Shown: positions 36,771 through 47,954, counted from the stretch's first letter. The stretch: 64,000 nucleotides of DNA from Okamejei kenojei (GCA_035221665.1 CM069165.1:24366001-24430000), one strand, 5' to 3'. The notes: a model not told the origin generated them from the sequence alone. A program made the numbers and translations.

Positions 36771-37545
36771 TCATAGAAACATATAGAAACATAGAAATTA
36801 GGTGCAGGAGAAGGCCATTCGGCCCTTCGAGCCAGCACCGCCATTCATTGTGATCATGGCTGATCGTCCGCTATCAATAACCCGTGCCTGCCTTCTCCCC
36901 ATATCCCTTGACCCCACTAGCCCCTAGAGCTCTATCCAACTCTCTCTTAAATCCATCCAGTGATTCGGCCTCCACTGCCTTCTGTGGCAGGGAATTCCAT
37001 TAATTCACAACTCTCTGGGTGAAACAGTTTCTTCTCACCTCAGTCTTAAATGACCTCCCCTTTATTCTAAGACTGTGGCCCCTGGTTCTGGACTCACCCA
37101 ACATTGGGAACATTTTTCCTGCATCTAGCTTGTCCAGTCCTTTTATAATTTTATATGTTTCTATAAGATCCCCCCTCATCCTTCTAAACTCCAGTGAATA
37201 CATGCCTAGTCTTTTCAATCTTTCCTCATATGACAGTCCCGCCATCCCAGGGATCAATCTCGTGAACCTACGCTGCACTGCCTCAATCACAAGGATGTCC
37301 TTCCTCAAATTAGGAGACCAAAACTATACACAATACTCCAGGTGTGGTCTCACCAGGGCCCTATACAACAGCATGAAGAACCTCTTTACTCCTGTGCTGA
37401 AATCCTCTTGTTATGAAGGCCAACATTCCATTGGCTTTCTTCACTGCCTGCTGTACCTGCACGCCAACTTTCAGTGACCGGTGTACAAGGACACCCAGGT
37501 CTCGCTGTACCTCCCCCTTACCTAACCTAACCCCATTGAGATTCA
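36771..37545 (-). mobile_element. 5'-truncated CR1-clade LINE (HER1-like)
   Basis: ORFs 37361-37546 (QRDLGVLVH..KKANGMLAFI) and 37000-37308 (AVQRRFTRLIPG..YEERLKRLG.YSLEFRRMRGDLIETYKI..TRGHSL); (TTTCTATG)n tail. Confidence 0.92.
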
Positions 37546-37744
37546 TGTTCAGTTCACAATCTTTTGCATCTCCTGTTCTTTTTCCTCATTGTCCTTATTT
37601 TGATTGAGTATATTGATTTATTTTTAGAAAAAAATCGCAGGTTTGTTTATTTTTTTTAGCCTTTGATGGGAGAGAGAATTCTTTGTGCAAATGCCTGTGA
37701 ATGTTTACATGCAAAATATTCAGAACAGGTGCGCTTTAACCAGA

Positions 37745-37917
37745 AAGGCACAAAGTGGAGGAGTAACTCAGCAGGGCACGAAGCATCCCTGGGGAACATG
37801 TGTAGGTCTGATGAAGGGTCCCGACCTGAAACATCACCTATCCATGCCCTTCAGAGATGCTGAGTTACTCCAGCACTTTGTATCCTTTTGTGTAAACCAG
37901 CTTCTTTGTTTCTACAC
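37745..37917. mobile_element. Penelope-derived inverted element with a CTGATGA hammerhead variant
   Basis: AGGT CTGATGA A GGGTC CC GACCT GAAAC ATC ACCT at 37804-37839. Confidence 0.8.
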
Positions 37918-37920
37918 TAA

Positions 37921-38578
37921 AGGGCCTGTCCCTCTGCGGGGACCTAATTTGCGAGTTTAGAAGAGTTTGTGCTCGAATCAAACTCACAGCATGGTTGATA
38001 CGTGGTCGTAGGAGGTCACTATAACTCTCCTTCATGCTCGAGGGAAGTTCCCGCATACTCGCAGCCTCCGTTTGGTCGAGGAGCATTTTTCAGCATGTTG
38101 AAAATTTCCCGCGAGTAAAAACTGGTCGGCATGGTTCTTTTGAACTTGTAGTGCAGTGGAGTGGGGTCGCTAGGCAGTCAAGGGCAGCCGTAGGCAAACT
38201 CCTTTGCTGACTGGGAATTTTAATTGGCTCATTGGAGTTTTCAGAACCAAGGAAAACCGACCGGTAATGTTAAACGCCCGCTAAACTTTATTAAAAGTTG
38301 TCTGGCTTCTTAAAAGTGTCTCCACTCCTTCTTCCCCCCCCCCTTCCCCCCACCTTTCCCTTCTTCCCCCCCTTCCCCCCACTTTTCCCTTCTCCCCCCT
38401 TCACCCCCTTCTCCCCCATTCTACCCCCTTCTCCCCCCTGCTCTCCCCCCACTCCCCCCCCACGCTCTCTAAAGGACTTACCGTACACTGTGCACGCCCC
38501 ACTCTTTTACCTTCCTGTTCATAGTGGGTGTGAATTTCAGACAGCGCTCCCCCGATTTCCCTGGCCCCCGACTTTGCG

Positions 38579-38646
<68 letters not shown>

Positions 38647-38793
38647 GTGTGCGCGTGTGCGAGCGCTGATGGTCCATCCAGCTCGCGGTTTCATCGCTGA
38701 CGGTCGATCCAGCTCGAGGTTTTTCAGGCGAGTGCCCTCGAGCTTGAGGGTCGAAGACAGTCACTGAAAAGTCGTGTTAGTGGGACAGGCCCT
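37921..38793. mobile_element. PIF/Harbinger-type non-autonomous transposon containing C-rich and (GT)n simple repeats
   Basis: TAA|AGGGCCTGTCCC ... TGGGACAGGCCCT termini. Confidence 0.8.
38579..38660 (+). repeat. (GT)n microsatellite
   Basis: About 30 perfect GT units followed by degenerate units. Confidence 0.95.
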
Positions 38794-40297
38794 TATGCCG
38801 AACCACATTCTGGTCAACACAGCTTTCACACATAGACTGTTTAAAGTGTGAGACTTTAGCATTGTAGAATTGTCAGAAAAGAAAAAGGTTCTTAAAAAGT
38901 AACCAACCATTCGACTTTGTGTATTTGTGATTTTTTTACCGAAGACAACCCTTTGAAAAGAGTTCTAGCAAATGAATGGTTCAATGGTATTGGCTTATTA
39001 TTGTTACATGTACCAAGATACAGTGAAAAATGTTTTGTTTAATTTTATGTTGTGGCAGATCATACCATGCGTAGGTACAATGAGTCACTTAGTGGTGTCT
39101 CTTAGTGTCGCAAAATTTGATTTGTTTGTCAAATTCGCAGATGGTGCAATTCCAGAAATGAATAAGTGAACTTTACAGGTTCCTTGCACTTTGGGTGAAA
39201 ATGTCCCTGGAAGATTTTCCTCTGGGAATCCAAACTCAATTTTAAGTACTTGTGTGTGGAGTTGGATCTTCTTGTTGGTTCTTTGCAGTGTTGGATCAGT
39301 GCAACATGATCCCACACTGGAAAGGTAGACATACGGATGGAACTTGGTGTCACTGGTACGTGTGTGTGAAGTTGAGACCTTGCCTGGGACTGTTGACACT
39401 AACCTATGGCTTCCCAATAATGGAGAGACTGAAGGATGGGTCATTACGAGGAGAAAAAAGGGGACAATCTTGTAATGCTGGCTGTGGCTTGCGCAACAGG
39501 AATATATCGGAGAATTCTTGGAGGATGCTACAATCGATCTTAGCCTAATCTGCACAGGAATAAAAATGAGGAGGGGTAATTCATCTTTATAATGGTCACA
39601 GCTTGTTGCACACTTAACGTGAAAGCACTGTGATTGTTCAGAGTTCTGTTACGGCTGCTTTGGTACCATGGGAGTGGTGGAATCTTCCCTGTTGAGATTC
39701 AAACAGGAAGATGCAGTAAAATGTGCTGGAATCTGGAGGGTGAAGTAAAAATAGTTGGGAGCAGAGAGGGAGTTTTCTCATTTTCTGCATCCAGTCTTGT
39801 GCATTCGTTGAATCACTGCGCAACTATTTCCTGTAAAACTTGCAAGCTGCAAGTTGAAATGAACAGTAATATAATAAAGTTTTTTCCATTTTGGAAAAAC
39901 ATTTCAAGTTGCAATAACTGCCTTTCGTGGAATTAATGGGTTTTCAGGGAGATTTATGCATGATGATTATTTTGCAAATATTTATCTTGCACAAGTTATT
40001 ATTCCTTTTATCCTGTATTTGTACACGGTTGTAGACATGTAGAGTATTTTCACCGACTGGAGAGCACGCAACGAAAAAAAGCTTTTCAATGTACCTTGCT
40101 GCAATAATAAGCTAAACTATTAAAACATATCTTGAATAATCCAATAGGCTTCACCTTGGATTCTTTTGGTAGTTGGGTTAAAAATAATTGATGGATCCTC
40201 GGCTTAAAATATTACATCTTGAAGTCTCTTAACTCGAACAAGGCTGGGGAGGTTTGGTCTAAGTTTAAATAAATGCTTATTGTGATGCCAGATATAA

Positions 40298-40394
40298 ATA
40301 AAGGAAGAAGGGTCTCGACCCGAAACGTCGCCTATCTACTTCGCTCCTTAGATGCTGCTGCACCCGTTGAGTTTCTCCAGCCTTTTGTGTACCC
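40298..40394 (+). mobile_element. Penelope-derived short element flanked by a 33 bp direct duplication
   Basis: GAAGAAGGGTCTCGACCCGAAACGTC body; TTAAATAAATGCTTATTGTGATGCCAGATATAA at 40265-40297 and 40395-40427. Confidence 0.85.
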
Positions 40395-40786
40395 TTAAAT
40401 AAATGCTTATTGTGATGCCAGATATAACTTAGGAAAGTCCCCATGCCAGTATTGAGTACTTTAGACCCTCAAATCGAGCTTTGAAGATCTTGTTCAACAG
40501 TTTATTTACTTCCTAAATTCAGGACCACATCCCAAACCACTGACTGAAGGGAAGCATGAGGGGTAATTCATCGACAACCATGAAACCATCAGTTTTAAAA
40601 TAAAATGTTTGGTATTGATATTGATTTATTCTTGTCACACGTACAGTTCAGTCAAATCACACCAAATATAAGTATATTCAAGCTGTACACAAGCACAACA
40701 GTGCAAAGAGAAAAATACCAGAGTTATTTGTGATACAGTGTTATAATGTTATTGCGTTGCAGTTACAGAGAAGGTGCAAAGGCTGT

Positions 40787-40917
40787 CTGCTTCTTCTTGC
40801 GTATGGTGTGCACCGCCTAAAGTTGTAGGACGACTCCTTCTATTTGATTGTGCACGCCACGTTGATTGCAGTTGTCGAAACAGGACGGGCCACGTGAAGG
40901 TTACAATCTCCCACCCC
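40787..40917 (-). mobile_element. Short retroposon with 5' HDV-like ribozyme and (GAA)n tail (family A, copy 2)
   Basis: Perfect TSD TGCAAAGGCTGT at 40775-40786 and 40918-40929; homologous to 10684-10830. Confidence 0.85.
40864..40917 (-). ncRNA. HDV-like ribozyme with minimal P4
   Basis: GGGGUGG GA GAUUGUA ACC UUCACGU GGC CCGUCCU G UUUCGA CAAC UGCAAUC: 7 bp P1 with G1.U wobble, 7 bp P2, L3 UUCACGU, C at the start of J4/2. P3 has one mismatch in this copy. Confidence 0.7.
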
Positions 40918-41436
40918 TGCAAAGGCTGTAATGTGGTAGATCGGGAACTCTGGACTACAACCTTGGGCCATTCAACGGGGAGAAGCTTTCTCCAAATCTG
41001 GTGGTACGTGCTTTAATCTTTTGTAGCTTCTGCTCGATGGAAGAGGAGAGGAGAGGAGAGGAGTGATGGGAGTGTTAATGTTGGCTGCTGAGAAAGCATG
41101 AAATGTTGATGTGGGGTGGGGGGGGGGGGGGGGGGAGGCTGTTATTGATGAGCTACGCTTGTTCGGGACAGATCGCCAGTCCAGTTACAGGCATGTAAAC
41201 GGTGGAAAAAGGATTAATTCAGACGTCGTTCGTAACCCATCATTTTTAAATCTAATTTTAGCTTGGAGTAAGGTTGGGGTGATCACACTTTAATTAGGTT
41301 TTGCAAATTTAATATATAAGATTTTTGAATCCCATGACCCCAGATATAAATGGGCCTTGAAATGACTCCCAGGAAGGAAAATTCCTGCGATTGTTTTGAA
41401 AACTTCTGATAGCCACACCAAGTGCCCTGTAATTGA

Positions 41437-41720
41437 ACAAATCCAGCAAATGTAATAAAACTTCTTTGCCAGTATTTTAAATTTTATACAACTCTAATTT
41501 TGAAGGGGAAAAAAAATTATGTAAGGCCCAATTTGAGAATGTCAAGGAAAAAAGGGCAGCTGTTCATTGATTGATTCCAATAACAGGTGACTTGTGTCGG
41601 CTTGGTCTGAAGATTCTCAAATTGGGCCCTTACAGAATTTTTTTCCCCTTCAAAATTAGAGTTGTATAAAATTTAAAATACTGGCAAAGAAGTTCTAGAT
41701 TATTACATTTGCTGGATTGT
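41437..41720. repeat. Inverted repeat with about 105 bp arms
   Basis: 41437-41540 is nearly the reverse complement of 41613-41720. Confidence 0.9.
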
Positions 41721-42049
41721 AAATGGTAATAAGGCACATTAGTGCCCCATTTAATGTGGAAGTCGTATAAAACACCATACCACGCACTTTGTGTTTAGCT
41801 TCCTGGGGCAATGTTTAATGAAAGATTAGTGTATGAAAAATCTTATTACAATTATACTGCTTTGCAATATATCATGAACATCTTGCGAAAGTCATCTCAT
41901 GAGAAGTTCCTGGTGTACAGATTCACAAATGGACATACACAGGGCGTATTGGGAAGAACGGTGGCACAGATAGGATTACTGATGTGTATGTATGTGTGTT
42001 ACATACAACCGCATAGTCTTGTTTTCCGACATCTTTGTCAGCTTCTGCC

Positions 42050-42952
42050 TGCCCCGCTCTATCTCTCGCTCTCTCTCTCGGCCTGCCCCACTCTCTCGCT
42101 CTCTGTCTTCTTCCCCACTCTGCATTCTCCTCCTTCCTCTCCCTGCCCACCCCCCACTCTCACTGCCCACCCCCACTCTCACTGCCCACCCCCACTCTCA
42201 CTGCCCACCCCCACTTTTTCCCCCACTTTTTCCCCCTCTCTCCCTACCTAATGTTTCTCCCCTCTCCCTCCCCTCCCCCTCATCTTTCTCCCCCTCTCTC
42301 CCCCTTAATTTTCTCCCCGCTCTCTCCCTCCCTCACCTCCCCCCCCCCACATTTTGCCCTCTTCCCCTTTCTCCTTCTCATTCCATCTCTTCCNNNNNNN
42401 NNNNNNNNNNNNNNNNNNNNNNNNNNNNNNNNNNNNNNNNNNNNNNNNNNNNNNNNNNNNNNNNNNNNNNNNNNNNNNNNNNNNNNNNNNNNNNNNNNNN
42501 NNNNNNNNNNNNNNNNNNNNNNNNNNNNNNNNNNNNNNNNNNNNNNNNNNNNNNNNNNNNNNNNNNNNNNNNNNNNNNNNNNNNNNNNNNNNNNNNNNNN
42601 NNNNNNNNTTTCTCTCTCTCTCATCCTCTCTCTCCCTCTCTCCCTCTCTCTCTTCCCCCCTCTCTCCCCCCTCCTCCCTCTCTCCCCCTCCTCCCCCCTC
42701 TCTCTCTCTTCANNNNNNNNNNNNNNNNNNNNNNNNNNNNNNNNNNNNNNNNNNNNNNNNNNNNNNNNNNNNNNNNNNNNNNNNNNNNNNNNNNNNNNNN
42801 NNNNNNNNNNNNNNNNNNNNNNNNNNNNNNNNNNNNNNNNNNNNNNNNNNNNNNNNNNNNNNNNNNNNNNNNNNNNNNNNNNNNNNNNNNNNNNNNNNNN
42901 NNNNNNNNNNNNNNNNNNNNNNNNNNNNNNNNNNNNNCTCCCTCTTTTCCTC
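42050..42952 (+). repeat. CT-rich low-complexity tract with 20 bp tandem units and two assembly gaps
   Basis: CCCCACTCTCACTGCCCACC about 3 times; N runs at 42394-42608 and 42713-42937. Confidence 0.9.
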
Positions 42953-44776
42953 CAAAATATATTAATTTCTGGAAGCAAACAGATTCTTACAAATCATTTT
43001 TTTTAAATCACGGAACTTTCAAAGCAATAATTGCACAGTTTTGTTTCTGGTTAAGTTTGCGAGAAGCTTATCTGATTTTAACCACTTCTCGGAACAGAAA
43101 TCTGAACATAACATGGATACATGGACTCGTGGTTGGTTTTATTTGAACCAAATTTTTCCGAGGAAAGAATTTTGAGTGAGCTTTAGGAGGATTAATAGCT
43201 GTATATGGGAGGTATAAGATCCCGTGCTCACTCAGTCTTCCACTTGCATTTAGCCGTACTAGAGTCAGTTAATATGCATGTGCCAGATTTTGTAGCAAAA
43301 TGTGATGACTTCAGTGCACTGGCTTGCTTTTGATCAAGATTTACATGCAAATCGTTTTTGCCTTGAACTGTCAAATCTTGTTTCTGACACTTGGAAGAGG
43401 AGACAGGCTTTGAGCCTGGGGGTAGTAGTTAATGTTATTAATTAGTGTGTGGAAGAAAAATGATCCTGACAGAAGCCAGCCCAGTCTTAATAAATATGGT
43501 GACAAAACTTTTTTTTCCCCTTGTCTGTCAGTTCTTGCAGCTGGTCATTAAATCCCCCTTTATTTAGGAGGAAATCTGATGATAATCCTCCCACAAAAAA
43601 AAAAGAAAAGGGTTTGACATTGAAAGAGTCTGGCGAATTTAAAGAAGGGGTAAGGATTGTAGTGAGGAATAGGTTTATGTCATAAGCTGTGCACAAAGGA
43701 TACTGACAATCTTCTTTTTACAAATGCCTTAAACAGGGGCACTGATTACTTTAAAGCATCTCCTTGCCGCATGACTAAATCTATTGAAGAGAGAGAACAC
43801 AGCCCGAGGGTTTGAGTTAAACTTGAGTTTTCAAGTGAAATGCATTTAGAAGTTAGAGAAAAAAAAAGTATTATGCACAAAGCTAATAAAGACTGCTCAT
43901 GTGAGCACAACAAGCAGAGAGAGCATGAGATGAAGTTCAAGATCTAATTGAAATGTAAATGGAACCTAGGACAACGTAAGCATAAAACTTGCCTTCCATG
44001 GTTTCTGCATGTAAAGCCCTTTTTACCCCTTATTCTTACTGAACAGAAGACAGTGCAAATTTGACAGGTCCAGGAGTCTGGGGCCAGTAAAATAATTGAT
44101 AGCAGACTGCTTGCATCCAAGGTCCTTTGCAGTAATTGCGAGCAGAATCTGACTCTCTGATCTCACCAGTGGTGTTCGCCATGCCAAGAAGGGTCCAGCT
44201 TTGACAGATTGCTTTCCTGCAGTAATAACTTAGGCATGTTCCCTTCTCACACGAGGCTACGCATCGCTCATGCTGCAGAAATGAATTAGTTGCTCTGCTG
44301 TTTGTCTTAAAAAAAAACCCAAAGTGGCAATGCAAAAATTATTAAGGAGCCCCCTTCACCTTTGTACCCGAATAGTCAATGATGCACTGACCTTTGCGCT
44401 AATATGATTTTTTTTTTGCTGTCTGAAAATTTACTGGATTATGGTTTACAGGTTTTACTTGTAAATACACCACATTTTGAATAAATCTGGAAAAAATATA
44501 TACATTGATGTAACCAAAATCTTGAACTGCACAATATTTTCTCGCCCATGCAATTTTGCACAAAGTAGCAAGCACATGCCTTTAAAGCCACTTCCATGAA
44601 TGTTCTCTTTTAAATATATTATTTGTATTAAGGCAGAGTTACGCATAATCAACCAAAATGTAATGGTTGATTAACGCCTTGTTCTTTATTAGCTGGCAAT
44701 AAAATGAACTATCAGCATATTCTGTGAAATATTTTATATTTAAACTTTCTAAAATATCCCCTTGCCATTTCAACGT

Positions 44777-44812
44777 CTCGTCTGATGCTCATCCATCTGA
44801 GCATCAGACGAG
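44777..44812. repeat. Perfect 15 bp hairpin
   Basis: CTCGTCTGATGCTCA-TCCATC-TGAGCATCAGACGAG. Confidence 0.9.
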
Positions 44813-45290
44813 TATTTTGTGTTTTGCCCACAGAGATTGTAAAGAGTTGATATTGTGAAACCGCAGAAAGGGTTTTCTTTTTGTATGGTCTGTTTGTACA
44901 GCAACTACCCTGCTGGTGTTAAATAATTCCTGCTTCTCAAACCAAAGTTGGAATGCAAATCCTAAAATGGAGCCTGCTTCCTCTTAATGGGTATTTTGGC
45001 AACTTTAAACATGGTATAAAGTGTAACTCCATTATGGTGTCAAGCAAAGGTTAAATTGTGTCAAGGGAGACCTTTTGAACCTCCTGGACTATTTGTTAAT
45101 GTATCTCCAATTGATTTAAATGCTTAAAGTATGCAGAGACTGCTGTCTGAGTATTTAACATTTCAGACGAAGAATTGTGTTTTCGGAATTTAAAACTCAG
45201 GAGGATGCCCTTCCGTCCATTGAAAATTCCCAGGATTACAAAGCAATCCATTCAAGTCTAGCTTATAATCTATATATATATATATATATA

Positions 45291-45636
45291 ATCAACTCCC
45301 CCTCCCATTCCGAATCCGCCCTTTCTGTCCTGGGCCTCCTCCATGGCCAGAGTGAGCACCACCGGATATTGGAGGAGCAACACCTCATATTCCGCTTGGG
45401 CAGTCTGCACCCTTGCGGCATGAACATTGGCTTCCCCAATTTCCGGTAGCCCTTGCTGTCTCCTCCCCTTCTAAGCTCTCCCTCAGCCCTCTGGCTCCTC
45501 CTCTTCCCTTCTCCTTTCTTCTCCCCCCCACCCAATATATCAGTCTGAAGAAGGGCTTTGGACCGAAACGTTGCCTATTTCCTTCGCTCCATAGATGCTG
45601 CCGCACCCGCTGAGTTTCACCATCACTTTTGTCCAC
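45291..45636 (+). mobile_element. 5'-truncated Penelope-like retroelement (GIY-YIG endonuclease C-terminus, 3' UTR, pLTR with hammerhead)
   Basis: Translation NSPSHSESALSVLGLLHGQSEHHRILEEQHLIFRLGSLHPCGMN fits the Penelope GIY-YIG C-terminus (R..LE..LI..L....P.G.N). CTGAAGA...GAAAC at 45545-45569; TSD CTTATAATCTATAT at 45262-45275 and 45637-45650. Confidence 0.85.
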
Positions 45637-45823
45637 CTTATAATCTATATCTTGGTGGATAACTTTACTTCGAGTACATGTCCTTGGAGGTTAAAGGTGC
45701 GATGAAGCTCCACCATCCTAAAATGCCATGAATTGTAGGCCACCACCGCCTTTATGAGATCAACTGCTCACCTCTCCTCTCTTATACCCTCCAATCATAT
45801 TTAGTCAATACCTGGAAATCTCA

Positions 45824-46245
45824 GAACTGCAGCTGCTGGAAGTCTAAAATAAAAACAGTTCTTGCTGAATAGACTCAATAAGCCAGGCAGCTTCTGTGGA
45901 AAGTGAAACAGGGTGAATGTCCTTCACCTTTACCTCCTGATATTGGCCTGTCTTTGCACTTTGTGAATGTAAATAGGATGTGGCTTCTGACCACTCTGAC
46001 TGGGGACTTCAGTTTAAATTCCTCAATGAAAAATCCCTCATCCATAACACAAAGTTCTGGAGGAACTCGGCAGGTCAGGCAGCATCTGGGGATGGAATGG
46101 ACAGACAATGCTTTGGGTCTTAGGAAGGGACATAACCCCAAACATTGCCTGCCTATTCCCTCCACAGATATTGCCTGACCAGCTGATTTCTTCCAGCACT
46201 CTGTGTATTGGTCAATATTCCAGCATCTGCAGTTTCTTGAGTCTC
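45824..46245. mobile_element. Two degenerate Penelope-derived elements
   Basis: GAACTGCAGCTGCTGGA unit at 45824-45905; inverted pair at 46047-46245. Confidence 0.65.
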
Positions 46246-46276
46246 CATGCTTGTTGTATGTCTATCGTAACTGTCA

Positions 46277-46566
46277 GGTGGCTCAGCGGTAGATCTAATG
46301 CCTTACAGCGCCAGAGACCCAGGTTCGAACCTGTCTGTACCGCGTTCGTACGTTCTCCCTGTGACCTGCGTGGGTTTTCTGTGAGATCTTCGGTTTCCTC
46401 CCACACTCCAAAGGCGTACAGGTTTGTCGGTTAATTGGCTTGGTATAAATGTAAAATTGTTCCTACTCTGCGTAGGGTTGTGTTAATATGCGGGGATCGC
46501 TTTTCGGTTTGGACTCAGTGGGCCGAAGGGCCTGTTTCCATGTTGTATCTCTAAACTAAAACCAAA
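46277..46566 (+). mobile_element. V-SINE (HE1-like)
   Basis: GGTGGCTCAGCGGTAGA A-box, GGTTCGAACC B-box, V-domain, GGGCCGAAGGGCCTGTTTCC tail. Confidence 0.88.
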
Positions 46567-46834
46567 CTTTCACTGATACAAGGTCTCCTAGACCACTCTT
46601 CTCGTTCTCTCTATAGTTGAATACTTCATTGTTATCATTCTCAGTGCCTTTCTTTGCGTGAATTCCCGTGTGAATATAATTTCTTAAGCCCACGTTCGAT
46701 AAAAATAGTCCTGATTTCTGTGTCTAACCTTGGAATCTGCAGTAAAGGAGCAACCTCAACATTATGTATCTTGTGAAGTGAACCATTGGTGTTTTGAGAC
46801 TGATGGAGCAATTTTCAGGTCAAAACCAATAGCA

Positions 46835-47731
46835 CTTGGCCTCGGAGCTATGGCGGCCTTCCAGCTTCCAGCAGCGGCGGCACGGCTTCGGAGCTCCAGC
46901 GGCGGCCTGGCCTCGGGGCTTCGGAGCTCCAGCGGCTGCCTGGCCTCGGGGCTGCGGTGCTCCAGCGGCGGCCTGGCCTCGGGGCTGCAGTGTTCCAGCG
47001 GCGGCCTGGCCTCGGGGCTGCGGTGCTCCAGCGGCGGCCTGGCCTCGGGGCTGCAGTGCTCCAGCGGCGACCTGGTTTTCGGGGCTGCAGTGTTCCAGCG
47101 GCGGCCTGGCCTCGGGCTGCGGTGCTCCAGCGGCGGCCTGGTTTTCGGGGCTGCAGTGTTCCAGCGGCGGCCTGGCCTCGGCGCTGCGGTGCTCCAGCGG
47201 CGGCCTGGTTTTCGGGGCTGCAGTGCTCCAGCGGCGGCCTGGCCTCGGGGCTGCAGTGTTCCAGCGGCGACCTGGCTTCGGGGCTGCGGTGTTCCAGCGG
47301 CGGCCTGGCCTCGGGGCTGCAGTGCTCCGCGTTCCAGCGGCAGGCCATGTAGCGGTGTTCCGGCATTCCGGCTACGGCGGTGGCGGCAGCCCGACTTCGG
47401 AGGCTCGGCCGCGGGCCTGGTGGACGGCAACATCGGCGGCCTGGATCCTCAGCGCAGAGGGAGAACAAGGAGGGAAGAAGACAGAGACTCTAAGACTTTT
47501 GCCTTCCACCACAGTGAGGAGGTGCCTGGTGAACTCACTGTGGTGGATGTTAAATGTGTTTATTGCGTGTTTTGTTTTTTTATTATATGTTATGACTGCA
47601 AGGTAACGAAAAACACTGTGTGCTTTGCCATGTGAAAGTTAGATTAGATTAGATTAGATTATCCTTTATTGTTGTTCAGACCGAAAGGTCTGAATGACAA
47701 TAAAGGATAATCTAATCTAATCTAATCTAAC
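46835..47731 (+). mobile_element. GC-rich non-autonomous retroelement with internal minisatellite and (ATCTA)n tail
   Basis: 3' module shared with 22243-23009; ends AATGACAATAAAGGATAATCTAATCTAATCT, similar to Rex1-type 3' ends. Confidence 0.65.
46885..47340 (+). repeat. 33 bp GC-rich minisatellite, about 14 units
   Basis: Unit C(G/A)GTG(C/T)TCCAGCGGCGGCCTGGCCTCGGGGCTG with variants (GTTTTCGGGG). Confidence 0.95.
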
Positions 47732-47757
47732 TTTCACATGGCAAAGCACACAGTGTT
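47612..47757. repeat. Near-perfect 146 bp palindrome with a GAAA loop
   Basis: 71 bp arms, complementary except for two adjacent G:T oppositions, closed by TTCAGACC-GAAA-GGTCTGAA. Confidence 0.92.
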
Positions 47758-47808
47758 GAGGAACTCAGCGGGTCAGGCAGGGGGGAGAGTTGACACTTAT
47801 AGTGGAGA

Positions 47809-47954
47809 GTGTTAAAGAAGGAACTGCAGATGCTGGAGAATAGAGGGTACACAAAAGGCTGGAGAAACTCAGCGGGTGCAGCAGCATCTAAGGAGCGAAG
47901 GAGATAGGCGATGTTTCGGGTCGAGACCCTTCTTCCTACACAAAAGGCTGGAGA
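47809..47954 (-). mobile_element. Penelope-derived short element with 14 bp TSD
   Basis: ACTTATAGTGGAGA at 47795-47808 and 47955-47968; the unit is partly tandem (TACACAAAAGGCTGGAGAA twice). Confidence 0.85.

Noticed and set aside
37019-37477. 152 aa plus-strand ORF (also 8030-8449)
   Set aside because: Antisense shadows of CR1 and Rex1 coding remnants.
38291-38767. Pro-rich and (CV)n/(HT)n ORFs
   Set aside because: Translations of C-rich and (GT)n simple repeats inside a MITE.
41811-43146. Long Pro/Ser/Leu-rich ORFs
   Set aside because: Low-complexity CT tract read through N gaps; an artefact.
46885-47340. CRISPR-like array
   Set aside because: Units are contiguous with no unique spacers, there are no cas genes, and the context is eukaryotic.
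46730-47635. Long overlapping ORFs (301, 256, 223, 206 aa)
   Set aside because: They arise from a stop-free 33 bp GC-rich tandem repeat on both strands and have no protein-family signature.
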